A DNA stretch of 64,000 bases from Balanoglossus misakiensis. Its lineage: Eukaryota > Animalia > Hemichordata. The DNA is taken from contig CM082596.2 of assembly GCA_040954595.2 (NCBI GenBank), positions 8,507,124-8,571,123 on the forward strand, read 5' to 3'. Each line of letters starts with the position of its first letter. Positions within the stretch are counted from its first letter, which is position 1. Below, piece by piece: positions 10,730-21,705 of this stretch. The notes beneath the pieces are model-generated. The model had not been told where the DNA came from. It did not search any database and worked only from the letters and a program-made list of their open reading frames with translations. The position numbers and the translations under genes were made by a program.

Positions 10730-10879
10730 TCTGTTCTTATCAGCTTAATATCTGATACGCTGCTCACCGAGCAGCTCGATATTAAACTGATTTTTGGAAA
10801 CGGGCCATGGAATAGGGGCTTGCTCCGTCCTGGCCACGGATCGACCTGGTATTGCAGTACTTCCAGGAACGGTCCACCT
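10730..10879 (+). ncRNA. RNU2: U2 snRNA gene 1, 3' part
   Basis: TCTGTTCTTATCAGCTTAATATCTGATACG..., Sm site GATTTTTGG (10789-10797), stem-loop IV CCTGGTATTGCAGTACTTCCAGG; followed by a 3'-box-like ATCAAAAATAAGA. Confidence 0.96.
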
Positions 10880-11040
10880 CACAAATAAATCAAAAATAAG
10901 ACTTGAAAAGGATTTCTGAGAAGTTGAAAGCATTGAAATCCTCTTCATACCAGTTCTGGTTTTTAAATCTACATGTGTATGTACTAGAGCAGTTTGCATC
11001 ATCTAATAACTCCAATCTCCAAAGCAATGTTTTTTTCCTC

Positions 11041-11760
11041 CAGTACTGGTGGTTGCTCTCCATACCGAAAACTTGAGCAAGCATCTCTTTCTCTGAGAGT
11101 ATTTCTGCTCGGCAGCGGCGAGTGCTCTACTGGCATATGTGACTGGCTGGCCCGGTTGCATAAGTACAAATCCGAGTCCTTTGGGTGACGCATCACCCAG
11201 TTCTTCTGTCGGTAGTGTTGGATCAAAATATCTTAACAATGGTGCAGCAGTCACTGCTCGTTTGATTTCGCGTTGTCTTGTTCCTGAGACCATTCGAACT
11301 CAACTCCCTTGTGAGTTAGTCTCCTCAGTGGCTCGCACATATCTGACAAACCACGTAAGAATTTTGACAGATATTTCACCACTCCAACTATTCGCTGTAC
11401 GACAGATATTTCACCACTCCAACTATTCGCTGTACGACAGATATTTCACCACTCCAACTATTCGCTGTACACCGGCAGCATCGGTTGGCTTCTCCATTTT
11501 CTGTACTGCTTCTACTTTCTTCGGATCAGGTTTCAATCCTTGATTCGTCAACAGATGTCCGTAGAAAGGCATCTCTGTGAGTCTCAACTCTAGCTTGTCT
11601 TTGTTCAATCTGATATTTCTCTCTCTGCAACGCTCCAATAGGCCTATCATGTTCCTGTCATGAATCCCTGTTGGCGTCTGCTATGGTATCACCTTGGGCT
11701 AGTATCAGGATATCATCTGCAATCTTGTATACACCTGGCAGGCCTTCTAGCGTCAGTCGG
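11041..11760 (-). mobile_element. Degenerate Ty3/Gypsy pol fragment (RT to RNase H-like)
   Basis: ADDIL, LLERCRERNIRLNKDKL, GLKPDPKKVEAV, APLLRYFDP, DASPKGLGFVLMQ, PVTYASRAL spread across frameshifts. Confidence 0.88.
11366..11470. repeat. Perfect tandem repeat, 3 x 35 bp, inside the Gypsy fragment
   Basis: GACAGATATTTCACCACTCCAACTATTCGCTGTAC three times with no spacers. Confidence 0.95.
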
Positions 11761-12324
11761 ACTCAACGCAGGGAGTTGTTTTCAAAAATGGGCGTTTCTT
11801 TGATTCTCTATGACCCACTACAGATAGAATTATCTTCCAGTCTAGGGCGTTGACCGCCAAGTGAATTTCTGGTTGTTACCAGTCCTTTCAAACAACAATG
11901 GAAGCGTGATTTTAGTTGTGTTTGACAATCACGTTTTGATTTCATTTTACACCTACCAGACCACGCCAGGGTTGACTGATCTGTGAGGCAGATGATTTGT
12001 TTACAACCAAAAGGTAGTTCCGGTAACAAGCCCATTTGCATACAGGTATGGCATAATGTTTTTGGTATTGCACTGAGTGCAAATACCGATGTTACATGCA
12101 CGCTCAATGCAAGTAATCAACAGTACATATGTAATAAGCACTCATACTTAGGGTTGATAATACTCGTATATGCCAATGTCAGTAAAGTTTGCAAAATAAA
12201 TTTAATGATAATTATCCGGGGCTTTAAAAACAAGATAACTGCTGTAGAAATAAATGGTGCACTTTCTTTGGACTAGGACAATCTAAAAACAGTATTCATC
12301 ACAATTTCAGCAAATTTCACTTAA

Positions 12325-13469
12325 AGTGGAACGTTGTGATCCGTTTTTGAGCCAATTCGGCGAAATGCGATTAAAAAGTACTATGAAAAACGTTGGTTTC
12401 ATTCACTTTCACTTACGCATAACAGAGCTACAGCCAGCCAAAAACTGCGCGAACCCGGAAGTGAGTGACGTCAGCAACTGTTGTCCGCTGCCGACGCGTT
12501 GGAGCGAGCCTATGCTTATACACGCCTGCACTCACGCGACCGACGACGTTAGCATGGCAACATATTCTCGGGTAGTAGGCTACAATTTTGAACCAGAGAT
12601 TCCCTTCTACGACCAAGCGACTGAATTTTACAGAGGACAAAAGTTCATGCAGTTCTGATCTCCGATGTGTCCCGTTTGTCAAGGCTTACACTTGGTGTGG
12701 TTTCAGTGAAACCATAGACACTCCATGGGTGAAACTCCCTTGTTGTCTCTCCCTCGTTGTCACCTTTTCGAACCACTTTTCTTACAAAAATACTTTGTCA
12801 CCTTTTATGGATTTGAAGAGAACGAAGGTGCATCGTCCTGCTCTCCAGGTGTAGTACGTCCGTAGTATAATGGAAGCCAATACCATAGTTATTCTATGCA
12901 TGTTTCGTCTCTTGAAATGTATTAAAACTGCCCTTTTTAGTTGCTTTCATTTGATAACTATGCGATCGTCAATAAATGGAAATTAAACCCAAATACGTGT
13001 ACCAAAAAACGTGCAGGAAGGATTTAAAACGGTACGTTTATTATTATCAGCGGCAGTTAGAACAACTTTGTATAGGCCTTACGGTTTGTTCATAAACGTC
13101 GACATGCATGGCATCTTGGACATTGCAGGGTCTATGTCTGCACGCATCGACAAATACAATACACGTAGAGCATTGCCTTTGAAAGAAACTTATCCCCGTC
13201 GATTTTCCGAATATGTTTTTAAAGTCATGAACTTGACATTTCGCCATGTCAGATCCGCGCAAAATGTGTCTGTTTATTGGAAATGACACGTCGAACGTGT
13301 AAGAGCCCTGCGCGTCGACTGCAACGCAAGTTGCTGACGTCACAGTAGTATTTTCAACTCGCGTCTTCTGCTTGCGCAGGAAGTGAAAGTGAATTAACCC
13401 ATCGGAACGTTGCCGTTTTTGACACCCGGTTTGGACTTTGAAGCCCAAAATTGTGGGTGTCGTTCCTCT
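12325..13469. mobile_element. Internally deleted Kolobok-like DNA transposon
   Basis: TTAA|AGTGGAACG...CGTTCCTCT|TTAA; convergent decayed coding starts (THAP-like on minus, GYNFEP-containing on plus). Confidence 0.65.
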
Positions 13470-13473
13470 TTAA

Positions 13474-13804
13474 AGCCTCTGGAGCTGCCAAATTTCACAT
13501 TTTTTCCACATAAACATACTTCAAATATATTCCCTATCCTTTAAAATCCTCACCATTAAGCCATATTACTTGCATTTGCATCAAATTGTCACATACCACG
13601 ATAGCTGTGCACTGTTTGTATGGAGGCTGATTAAATGGGTGCGGCACCCCTTTTAATATGTAGTCTGTTCAAACTGCAACATACAGCCACATTCGGGCAT
13701 CAAAGTTCATATATGACCTACCAGTAAGCTTATTTAGATGGACTAATTTAAGTTAGAAAATAAAATCATGAAAATAATACAAAAAACTGGCAGCGCTAGA
13801 GGCT
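13474..13804. mobile_element. MITE family C (Kolobok-like), sharing a TTAA with the preceding element
   Basis: TIR AGCCTCTGGAGCTGCCA / TGGCAGCGCTAGAGGCT; partial copy near 61285-61400. Confidence 0.75.
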
Positions 13805-14447
13805 GTAAGGACCTAATTTTGAAACAACTATACACATGATGCATTATTAAAAATTGTTGTAAAAATACATTACAGATTCCATCATGATTTGAACAAAGGT
13901 CACTTCAATCACACCCTACAAATCTACAAACAAATTTTCAAAGGAGTCCAAAGAGTCTTGAGTATTTAATTTTTGACCGTTTTCGCGTGTTTTTATCAAC
14001 TCATTTTCATATTTTTGGTAGTTACAACATCATATCATGTGAACAACTTCTTATCTGCAGGCATGCATTTATGCACCAAATGCATACACACACATTTTCA
14101 GCCTATATAATGGGGTTTACACAGGGACCATTAAAACGTTTCTCAAACGTCTCAGGTCAATACTGGTATAAAATATCATGTGTGACTGTTTTAAGAGGTC
14201 CTGAAACGTTTCAGATTTGAGATGGCTTTGCCAGCCAGATCTGAGGTGGTGTAAAGGATTAACACCTCTCCGCAACCCAGTTTGTATGTTGCCAAGCGTC
14301 AGGTTTGGACACAAGGCGACTCAAAGGATTAATTCTCTGTGTTTACAAAAGGAAATAGTGTCTCTGAAACGTTTCTACTTCTACCCAGTGTGAACCTGGT
14401 ATGTGGCCAGCTTCTATTGACATACTATGCCGATTAAGTTCATAACG

Positions 14448-14646
14448 TACTGTAAAACATGTAATATTTACAAACAATATATTTTCTCAAGACAAAAAAA
14501 TGCAAAAATAAAAAATTGCATAAAATTGTTTGTTGGAGATTCCGATGCAGAGAACTATGAGAACGTGAAAATTTATCATCGCATAACACTTGCCTCTTAT
14601 GATATCACGAAAATTTCCTGTTGCAAAAATTTCCCGTTTTACAGTA
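14448..14646. mobile_element. TA-flanked MITE (Tc1/mariner-like)
   Basis: TACTGTAAAAC...GTTTTACAGTA; related copies at about 17607-17816 and 29601-29706. Confidence 0.65.
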
Positions 14647-14663
14647 TTATACAGCCTTTTTAT

Positions 14664-17600
14664 CTACATATATGTACTACCCTGATTTGATTTGAAATAA
14701 TAATAGTAATGGTATTTAAGTTTCATGTAAAAATATGTGACTTCTGACTTGATACTGGCACAAGTGTTTGATTGATCTGCATAACTGCAATAAAGGTAGC
14801 ATACAATAAACATTGCAAGGACTGTCACCAAGAAGAATGCTAACATCATCAACAAGGTCATCACAAAGTCATCTGTCGAGAAAAAAGTACAAGAAAACAA
14901 AACACATGATAAGTACAGTCTGCTTGATTAATAACAATTGAAGGAAATCATGACTGCAGGAAATCTGTCGTGAAATGTCAGCAAAATGGCTAGAAGAATA
15001 TTTCTAGGCCAACAAATAATTGATTTACAATGTATCAGAATATTTTTGGTGTGTAGATGACAAGTCATTCCAAGTCTCGCCCGTAATGCATCTGCACACC
15101 AAATATGGAGGTTACATGCGCAGCAGTTTTCAAGTTTTTGATGTGGACGGACATACAGACATACATACATCTATACATACATACATACATACAGACGCAA
15201 CTGGTTCCAGAAGGTCCACTGGTATATTACATAACCAAATGGGACCTAATAAAAGACAACACGATTTCAAGAGGGTTTCAAGACCCCTCTGGTCTCGAAA
15301 CCCTAAACATTGGTGTCTATTAAATGGTCAGATTACTTACCATGGTGTTCATCAGGTTCTGTTGGTTCAAATTCAACTTGAGTGTCTGCAATATTTTCAT
15401 CTATTTTGTCTTTCTTTTCTTCTTTTTCTTTTCCTCTGTGAAAACCAGTACATACATGCAGGTAATACACTCATTCTGACATTCATGGGCTATGCAAAGG
15501 TGCACTTTACTCAACCTGTGTGCAAATATAGACTACCTGGCTTGGAGTGGGAATTGTCAGACTTTTTGTGCATCCAGAAAAACAGCAAATTTCACAGTCA
15601 CGCAAACGTTTTTTTAAAAATAAATTGTTTGAAAATGCTCCCATGAAAGAAAGAGATTTTGATCGGGAATCAAGTCAATGACACAGACCCTGCAATTTTT
15701 TATTTCAAAACTGTACCATTATTAAAGGAAAGACACCAATTTTGGGAGATGAACTAAATTTTTGACTGAAAATGAAAAGTACGACTTTTATTGTCATATG
15801 AATAAATAACTATCATTTGAGGTTTGGAATTATCCTTTACCTGTACCGCAAAGTGGATTCTTGCTCTGTACCATCACCATTCTTTTCAGCAGCTCCGACT
15901 TTTGGGTCCTTCATCTTAGATTCTTCCATTTCAAACTTTTTCATTGCATCTGTGAAAGAAAGTTCAGGCACTTCTTTAAAGGTATACGGCCACCTATGGA
16001 AAATTAGCTATAGTTTAAATACCATGGCAAAATGAGATCTAGCCAATCACATATTTTCAGTGGGTGGCACACGCGAAAAAAGAGCGCCACCATATGTTCT
16101 TTAGAACACTCAAATACTCCATTTCAGCCATATATGGGCGTATGTAAATTGGAGGTGACTGTATACCTTTAAACTGCTTCGGGAGACAATTCATATGCAA
16201 GCATTTTGTACATTATGCCGAATGTATGTTTGACATGACCTGCACTAAATCCATTAATGAATTTACATTTCAAAGTCTTTCAAGCAGCAATGACATTTGA
16301 GTTTTACCTGCATATTGCTTCTTTCCAACTTCTGCATAGATGACTGTAAATAGATCTAAACTTTGAATTGTCTTTGGGTGGTCTTCACCATACACAGCTT
16401 GACATAATTTTGTTGCCTACAGATGCAAACAATTAATATATTGTTACAATCTAGTGGCCTGATTGACTTATACATCAGTGACATCAGAATACGGTATACC
16501 TATATTTACCATAATGCAATGACATGGAGAGCAGCAGCTATAGAGGCTTTAAGCAATGTGTATGTATTCACTTCCTTGTTCATATAATTCTCAGTAAGAT
16601 ATGAAACTTCTGAAAAAAGTTTTCATTGTAACACTGGCAATTTTCCTTTTTGAGTTTATGAGAAGAATGCACTGCAATAAACTAAAAGACTAAACAGTAA
16701 AATTATAAAAATGGTTGAAGCTGCAGCAATAAAAGTACAGCTATTACTGATAAAGTAACAAAATCTAGTATACCAATGTTTTGAAAAGGAAATGAAACAT
16801 CAGCTTACCTTTCCACAATATTCCAGAGCAAGTTGTGTACTTTTGGGAGAAAAAAAAAGATTCAGGAATAATTAGGATAGGGATAGTAAAAAAATTCCAG
16901 TGCACTCTGGCTGAGATGACAGTAGACCAATTTTAGGATTTGTAAATTGTTGGTCATGAGACTCTTTTTATAAATATATATTCTGTCTAAAAAATATGAA
17001 TCCATTTTTCTCTCATTTTTGAAACAAACTGAACTTTTAATAACAAGAAATTGAACACACACACAAAATATCCACTGTACCTTTGAGTAGTTTCTTGATT
17101 GACATCTCACAATAACATATAAACTCACCCCCCCCCCCTTTTGGCAAATCACTGACTCATTGGTGCTAGATGACTTACTTTCCTTCTTGAAGGCATAACC
17201 TGGAAAGCTTTTCAAATTCATTGGCTTTCAACACTTCCTCTCGTTCTGCATCACTGTCCACATCTTTGCCATCACCTGACCTCTTCTCCCTCTCTGCTTC
17301 TGTCAACAAACAAAAACAAACAAGCATACATACAGGTTACTCTCAGCTTTCAAAATACCATTATCTGCCTTACATATAGGGGTCTTTCATGTTCAATTAA
17401 AGGGCCGATGATCATCTTATGCACATGTACTTCCCATCCAAATATTCTGCAAATTTTGCATTCGACAAATTGCCTGCCTTTGCTTCCTTCCATATTTCAT
17501 GCGCACTTTATAAGTAGACTTGTAATAAGTTTTGTCCCTTGTTTTCACGCAATTTGCTGTCTTTTATTAATCTCCAACACAGACAAGACTGTAATCACCC

Positions 17601-19647
17601 TTCAAAACTGTAAAACACTTTATTTTCGCGAGTTGAAATTTTTGCGATATCGAGAGAGGCCACTGTTTCACGAGTATTAATTTTTGCATTCTCTTATTTC
17701 ATTCACTGCATTGTTATCTTAAAGAAAATTTACACGACTTTTCATTTTCACGCTATTTTGGCTCTCGCGTCTTTCGCAAAAATGTATTGCTCGCGAAAAT
17801 AAAGTGTTTTACAGTAGTTTTTGAGATACAGCATAAGAAAAGTGATCAGATCAGTGAAGGCACTTGTGTACTTACTCAGTTTCTGTTTCGACTCTGTGAC
17901 ATCTACCAAGGCAGTCTCGTAATAGAGTTTTTCAGCCTGAATGAACTGTACTGCCTTCTCATCTAACACAATATTGTTAAAGATTCTATAGTGTGACAGG
18001 AGGTGCAATATTAAAACCGTGAAGATACACTGATAAAATGGCCTACTCAGCATTAAAACTTTATAAAAATGTTATTAGAAATAACAAAACAGTGACTAAG
18101 TCATGTACTTCTTAAAAAGGTAAGTTTTGAGAGATGTCTTAAACGCAGCAACGGTTGGTGACAATCTAATTTCTTTTGATAACTGAGTATACACTTTTAA
18201 GCTGAAACATATCAAATATCACTGCATATTTTTTTGTTTCTAACAAATACTTGTCTTATTTACACACAGCAACAACTTGGTATCACTTCTCAATGTGAGT
18301 AAAGGATACATTCTTCTTTCTCAAAATATATGTCAGCAATCTGAAAAAAAGAAAACAAGTCGAATTGTTAAGAAAACAGTTTTTGTCTGTTTGGGAGATT
18401 CAAGTCCAGACTAGAATTCATTTGTCAACAATAACAATGATCGTACCACACACAAACAGTTACAAAAAAGTCTTGGTAATTTTCCCCATAACCATGCCTC
18501 AGATTTTTTCTCCAGTCCTCCATTCAACTTTGATAATGCCAAAACTACACCCTACCATAAGGCCTCAACAGCACATAACAAAAAGATCAAAGCATTTGTA
18601 AAAGAAATATGAGACATAATTCAGTTCAGTTCAGTCCCAATGGGATAAATATCTTCCAATAATAACATCCTGTATCAAACAGTGCCTGAAAAAAATTGCT
18701 AATACAATATTTCGGTTCAAGAAATGCAAATGCTGGACTGGAGCTTCAAGACTAACCTGATGCAGACACTGTGGTAGCATTGGGAATTGGTTACTGGCTG
18801 ATAGGCCTGTCAAACATCCCAAGTAACAATTCAATGCATGGTCCTTCTTGCCTTTTTGTTCAAAATTCCTTGCTTTTTCAAACAACTTGCTTCTACCTGG
18901 TCCATCAAGAGAGATCAGGTTCTGTAAGTCTGTATCAATGAGCTCTGCAAAAAGAAATCATATCAATTACTCGTAATATCCACATTACCCAATAAAGGTA
19001 TATCGTCACATAGATGCAAATTTAATCACCTATGCAAAGCCCATCACAAACTTTTAGGGGTTGGCACATGTAAAAAAAAAGTGTACCACCGTATTCTCAT
19101 TCAAACACTTAGTGACTCCCTTTTTAGTATATACATGTATAGGCATGTGAAATTTAGAAGTGATTGTACATGTACCAGTATGCAAAGTTAACTTGCATGA
19201 GGATTACATTGTTTAAAAATAAAATGGAATCGCTTTTTCCTCACCGTTGTCATCATTGCTAACATTCTCCACTGTATCAGTGTGTTCAGCCTCATCATGT
19301 TCCCTTTCAATGATTCCCTGTGGTTTCGCTGCAGTCATTTGTTGATCACTTGTCTTGTGTGGTGGGTCCTTCCTTGCTTGATCCCCACCTCCATCAGTAC
19401 TATTTCCATCAGATGCATCGGTGACACGTTTTGCCTCGCCCCTATCTGCATCACCCCCACCTAGCACATCTGTCTCTGTTAGTCTCTCAACAGTATCATT
19501 TGTTTCAAATCCCGCATTATCAACCTCAGAGTTTTCGGACTTCTCTCTGTTTGCTTCCTGGTCCCCTTTGATATCTTCTGTTCTGTTTGTCGTCTGTTCA
19601 TCTGGATTTTCTTGAGCTGCCACAATTTCTCCAGGTTCTCTGTCCAT
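14664..19647 (-). CDS. CNST: Consortin-like protein, about 10 coding exons (19647-19245, 18944-18757, 18340-18310, 17962-17876, ~17300-17178, ~16840-16809, ~16416-16308, ~15949-15842, ~15435-15341, ~14872-14664)
   Basis: Acidic disordered N-terminus; LPQCLHQIADIYFEKEEYEKAVQFIQAEKLYYETAL resembles the consortin helical motif; C-terminal TM segment followed by LYC...C...FY as in the consortin C-terminal domain. Confidence 0.78.
15980..16168. mobile_element. MITE family A copy
   Basis: TTAA|AGGTATACGGCCAC...GTGACTGTATACCT|TTAA. Confidence 0.85.
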
Positions 19648-19997
19648 TTTACTTTTGCCGTCCTAAAGACAAGACAAAATGAAACTGTAATTCCGGGACA
19701 GCTTTTTTTATCTCCGCATGACAGAACCGTGTGTTGTAACTTGGCTGAGCCCCAAGGCCACCAAACTGTGGTTGCAGGCTGGCACAGTCGGCAACAACAG
19801 CCCTTCCACACGGCCACACAGAGCTACAGACGGCCAAAAAATAACCAAATAGGCAAAACCTCGACAGTCTCACAATATATATGTACAAATTCAGGTGGTA
19901 ATTAATACAAAACAAGACTTACGTATTGGTTTGGGAATTCTGAATGTAACAGAAAAGTGTGTGTCATTGCGAATCTACAAACGAGTTTACCACGAAA

Positions 19998-20070
19998 TTG
20001 CTGCAGTTTTGTAGCCCCACGACTCCCCTTTACGGCCAAGGGGAGTCGTGGGGCTACAAAACTGCAGCAA
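19998..20070. repeat. Perfect inverted repeat (33-bp arms, 7-nt loop)
   Basis: TTGCTGCAGTTTTGTAGCCCCACGACTCCCCTT-TACGGCC-reverse complement. Confidence 0.93.
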
Positions 20071-21148
20071 ACCAGGAAGGAGATGGATTGTACATACCGT
20101 TCGTCTGTTGAAACCGTCCGTGCTTCGACTTCTTTCGAGGTTACCAAGACAACTTGCAGCGTCACTTAGCAGTGGTTGTCGAATTATGCGTAACACCAAT
20201 TAAGCGGTGTTCTCCTATTTTGCCAAGGTGGTCACTGACACGTCTTACTCAATGCCATCTAAATTACAAAGAACAAATTCTTGGTCGGTGAGCACCGACC
20301 TACAGCTGGTACAGAGTTAGAGAGTCGTCGTCTTGGGTCACTTGGTTGTTGACTTTCTTCACAACAAGCAGGCAAGCATTACGTTCGGATTTTGTTTCGG
20401 ATTCGAAAGCTGAAAAGACAGTGGAGTCACGGTACCCCATACTTTTATGACAGAAAGGTATTAATAACTGTTAAATATGTAATCATTTTTTTGTTTTACT
20501 TCGTTATTTTTCATTTTAGCGAGACACCTACCGAAATACGTCGGTGATAAGCCACCCGGGTTGCAAACCCTCAGCCGAGTCGAGCAACCAGGGCGTCGAA
20601 AAGAGACGGCGTTGTAGTCTAGATCGACGCCTCCGGGCTAGTCTTGCTCGTGCATCGCCCTCAATTGGGAAACTACTACAATCCTTCGTTTTTACGTGTA
20701 TATGGCACATTGGCGAAATAGTCAGGGTTATTATTTCCATTTTTCCAACGTAATCATGAATTCCGATCTGTATATTTTGCCAAGCGAATAATCACCTGCG
20801 TCAAAAGTCAACTGATGCACTTTCTCTTATTTTCTGGCCAATTGCAGGTTTGTAGTCTGGTTTGTCCGCTGCAGAGTGATGATTGCCACGGATGGGTCTT
20901 GGGGATATTTTAATAAATTAAACTCAAGCGTTAGTGCAGCTGAATAAACGGGTGTGGCACCCATCATTTAACTTGTTCACTGTGTACAGCGAAAATCAGA
21001 GGTTGATGATATGTTTGTGTTTACCATTAACCATTTTTAGTTTGAAAGTGAATCATAAAAAATAATGCAAAAATGTCAGCTACTTGGGCTTTAAACGCGT
21101 GAAATAAGCTTCGCGCAAAAGACAGATCAAGTATACCCTCAAACAAAA

Positions 21149-21362
21149 CGTAGTCGGCAGGATTCGAACTAGTCTTGCTCCAAGACTGACTGTGTGATAC
21201 TGAAAATGAAATGCGCGTCTGCGTTACGTATAGAACGTTCTGTGGACGCGACGCTAATCACACAGTCTTGCCGATTCTGGCGGCGCGTCGTACGAAAGTT
21301 CCATGAATTCCTTATCGACAGGCACAGCGACTGCCATAGAGTCTAGATTCGAACCTGCGCGG
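21149..21362 (-). pseudogene. 3' remnant of a tRNA-Ser gene, interrupted by a 176-bp insertion
   Basis: Removing 21170-21345 and one GATTCGAAC copy gives CCGCGCAGGTTCGAATCCTGCCGACTACG (tRNA-Ser 3' end) followed by TTTTGTTT; 5' half absent. Confidence 0.8.
21170..21345. mobile_element. Short non-autonomous DNA transposon, TAG...CTA termini, 9-bp TSD
   Basis: GATTCGAAC direct repeat at 21161-21169 and 21346-21354; imperfect TIR TAGTCTTG / AGAGTCTA. Confidence 0.7.
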
Positions 21363-21705
21363 TTGCTCTATGCTCTTTAGATGACGTCAAAATCATGCGT
21401 CTGAAAACCAACACAGCTAGGGGGCATGGATGGCGCCCTCTAGGGGGGAAATACCAACACCGACATTTAGGTCATGCGGTGCATGCAAGTGCCGACCTGT
21501 TCAGTCAGAAGTTGCGAACGTAAGCATAATATTATGAGTATATCCTGGGAGTATGTACCTCCATACCATTGTTCGTTGTCGTTCGTTTATCTGTAGTTGA
21601 CATGGTGTAGACAAAGGCTACAATATCTGCGAGCAGCTATGATTCTAGTATCCTAATATGAGAACTTGGTTCTCCGGCCTACACCTCACATTATCACAAG
21701 CATAA

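Noticed and set aside
11366-11470. 35-bp repeats of CRISPR-like length
   Set aside because: Head-to-tail with no spacers, inside Gypsy pol coding sequence, no cas genes, eukaryotic context
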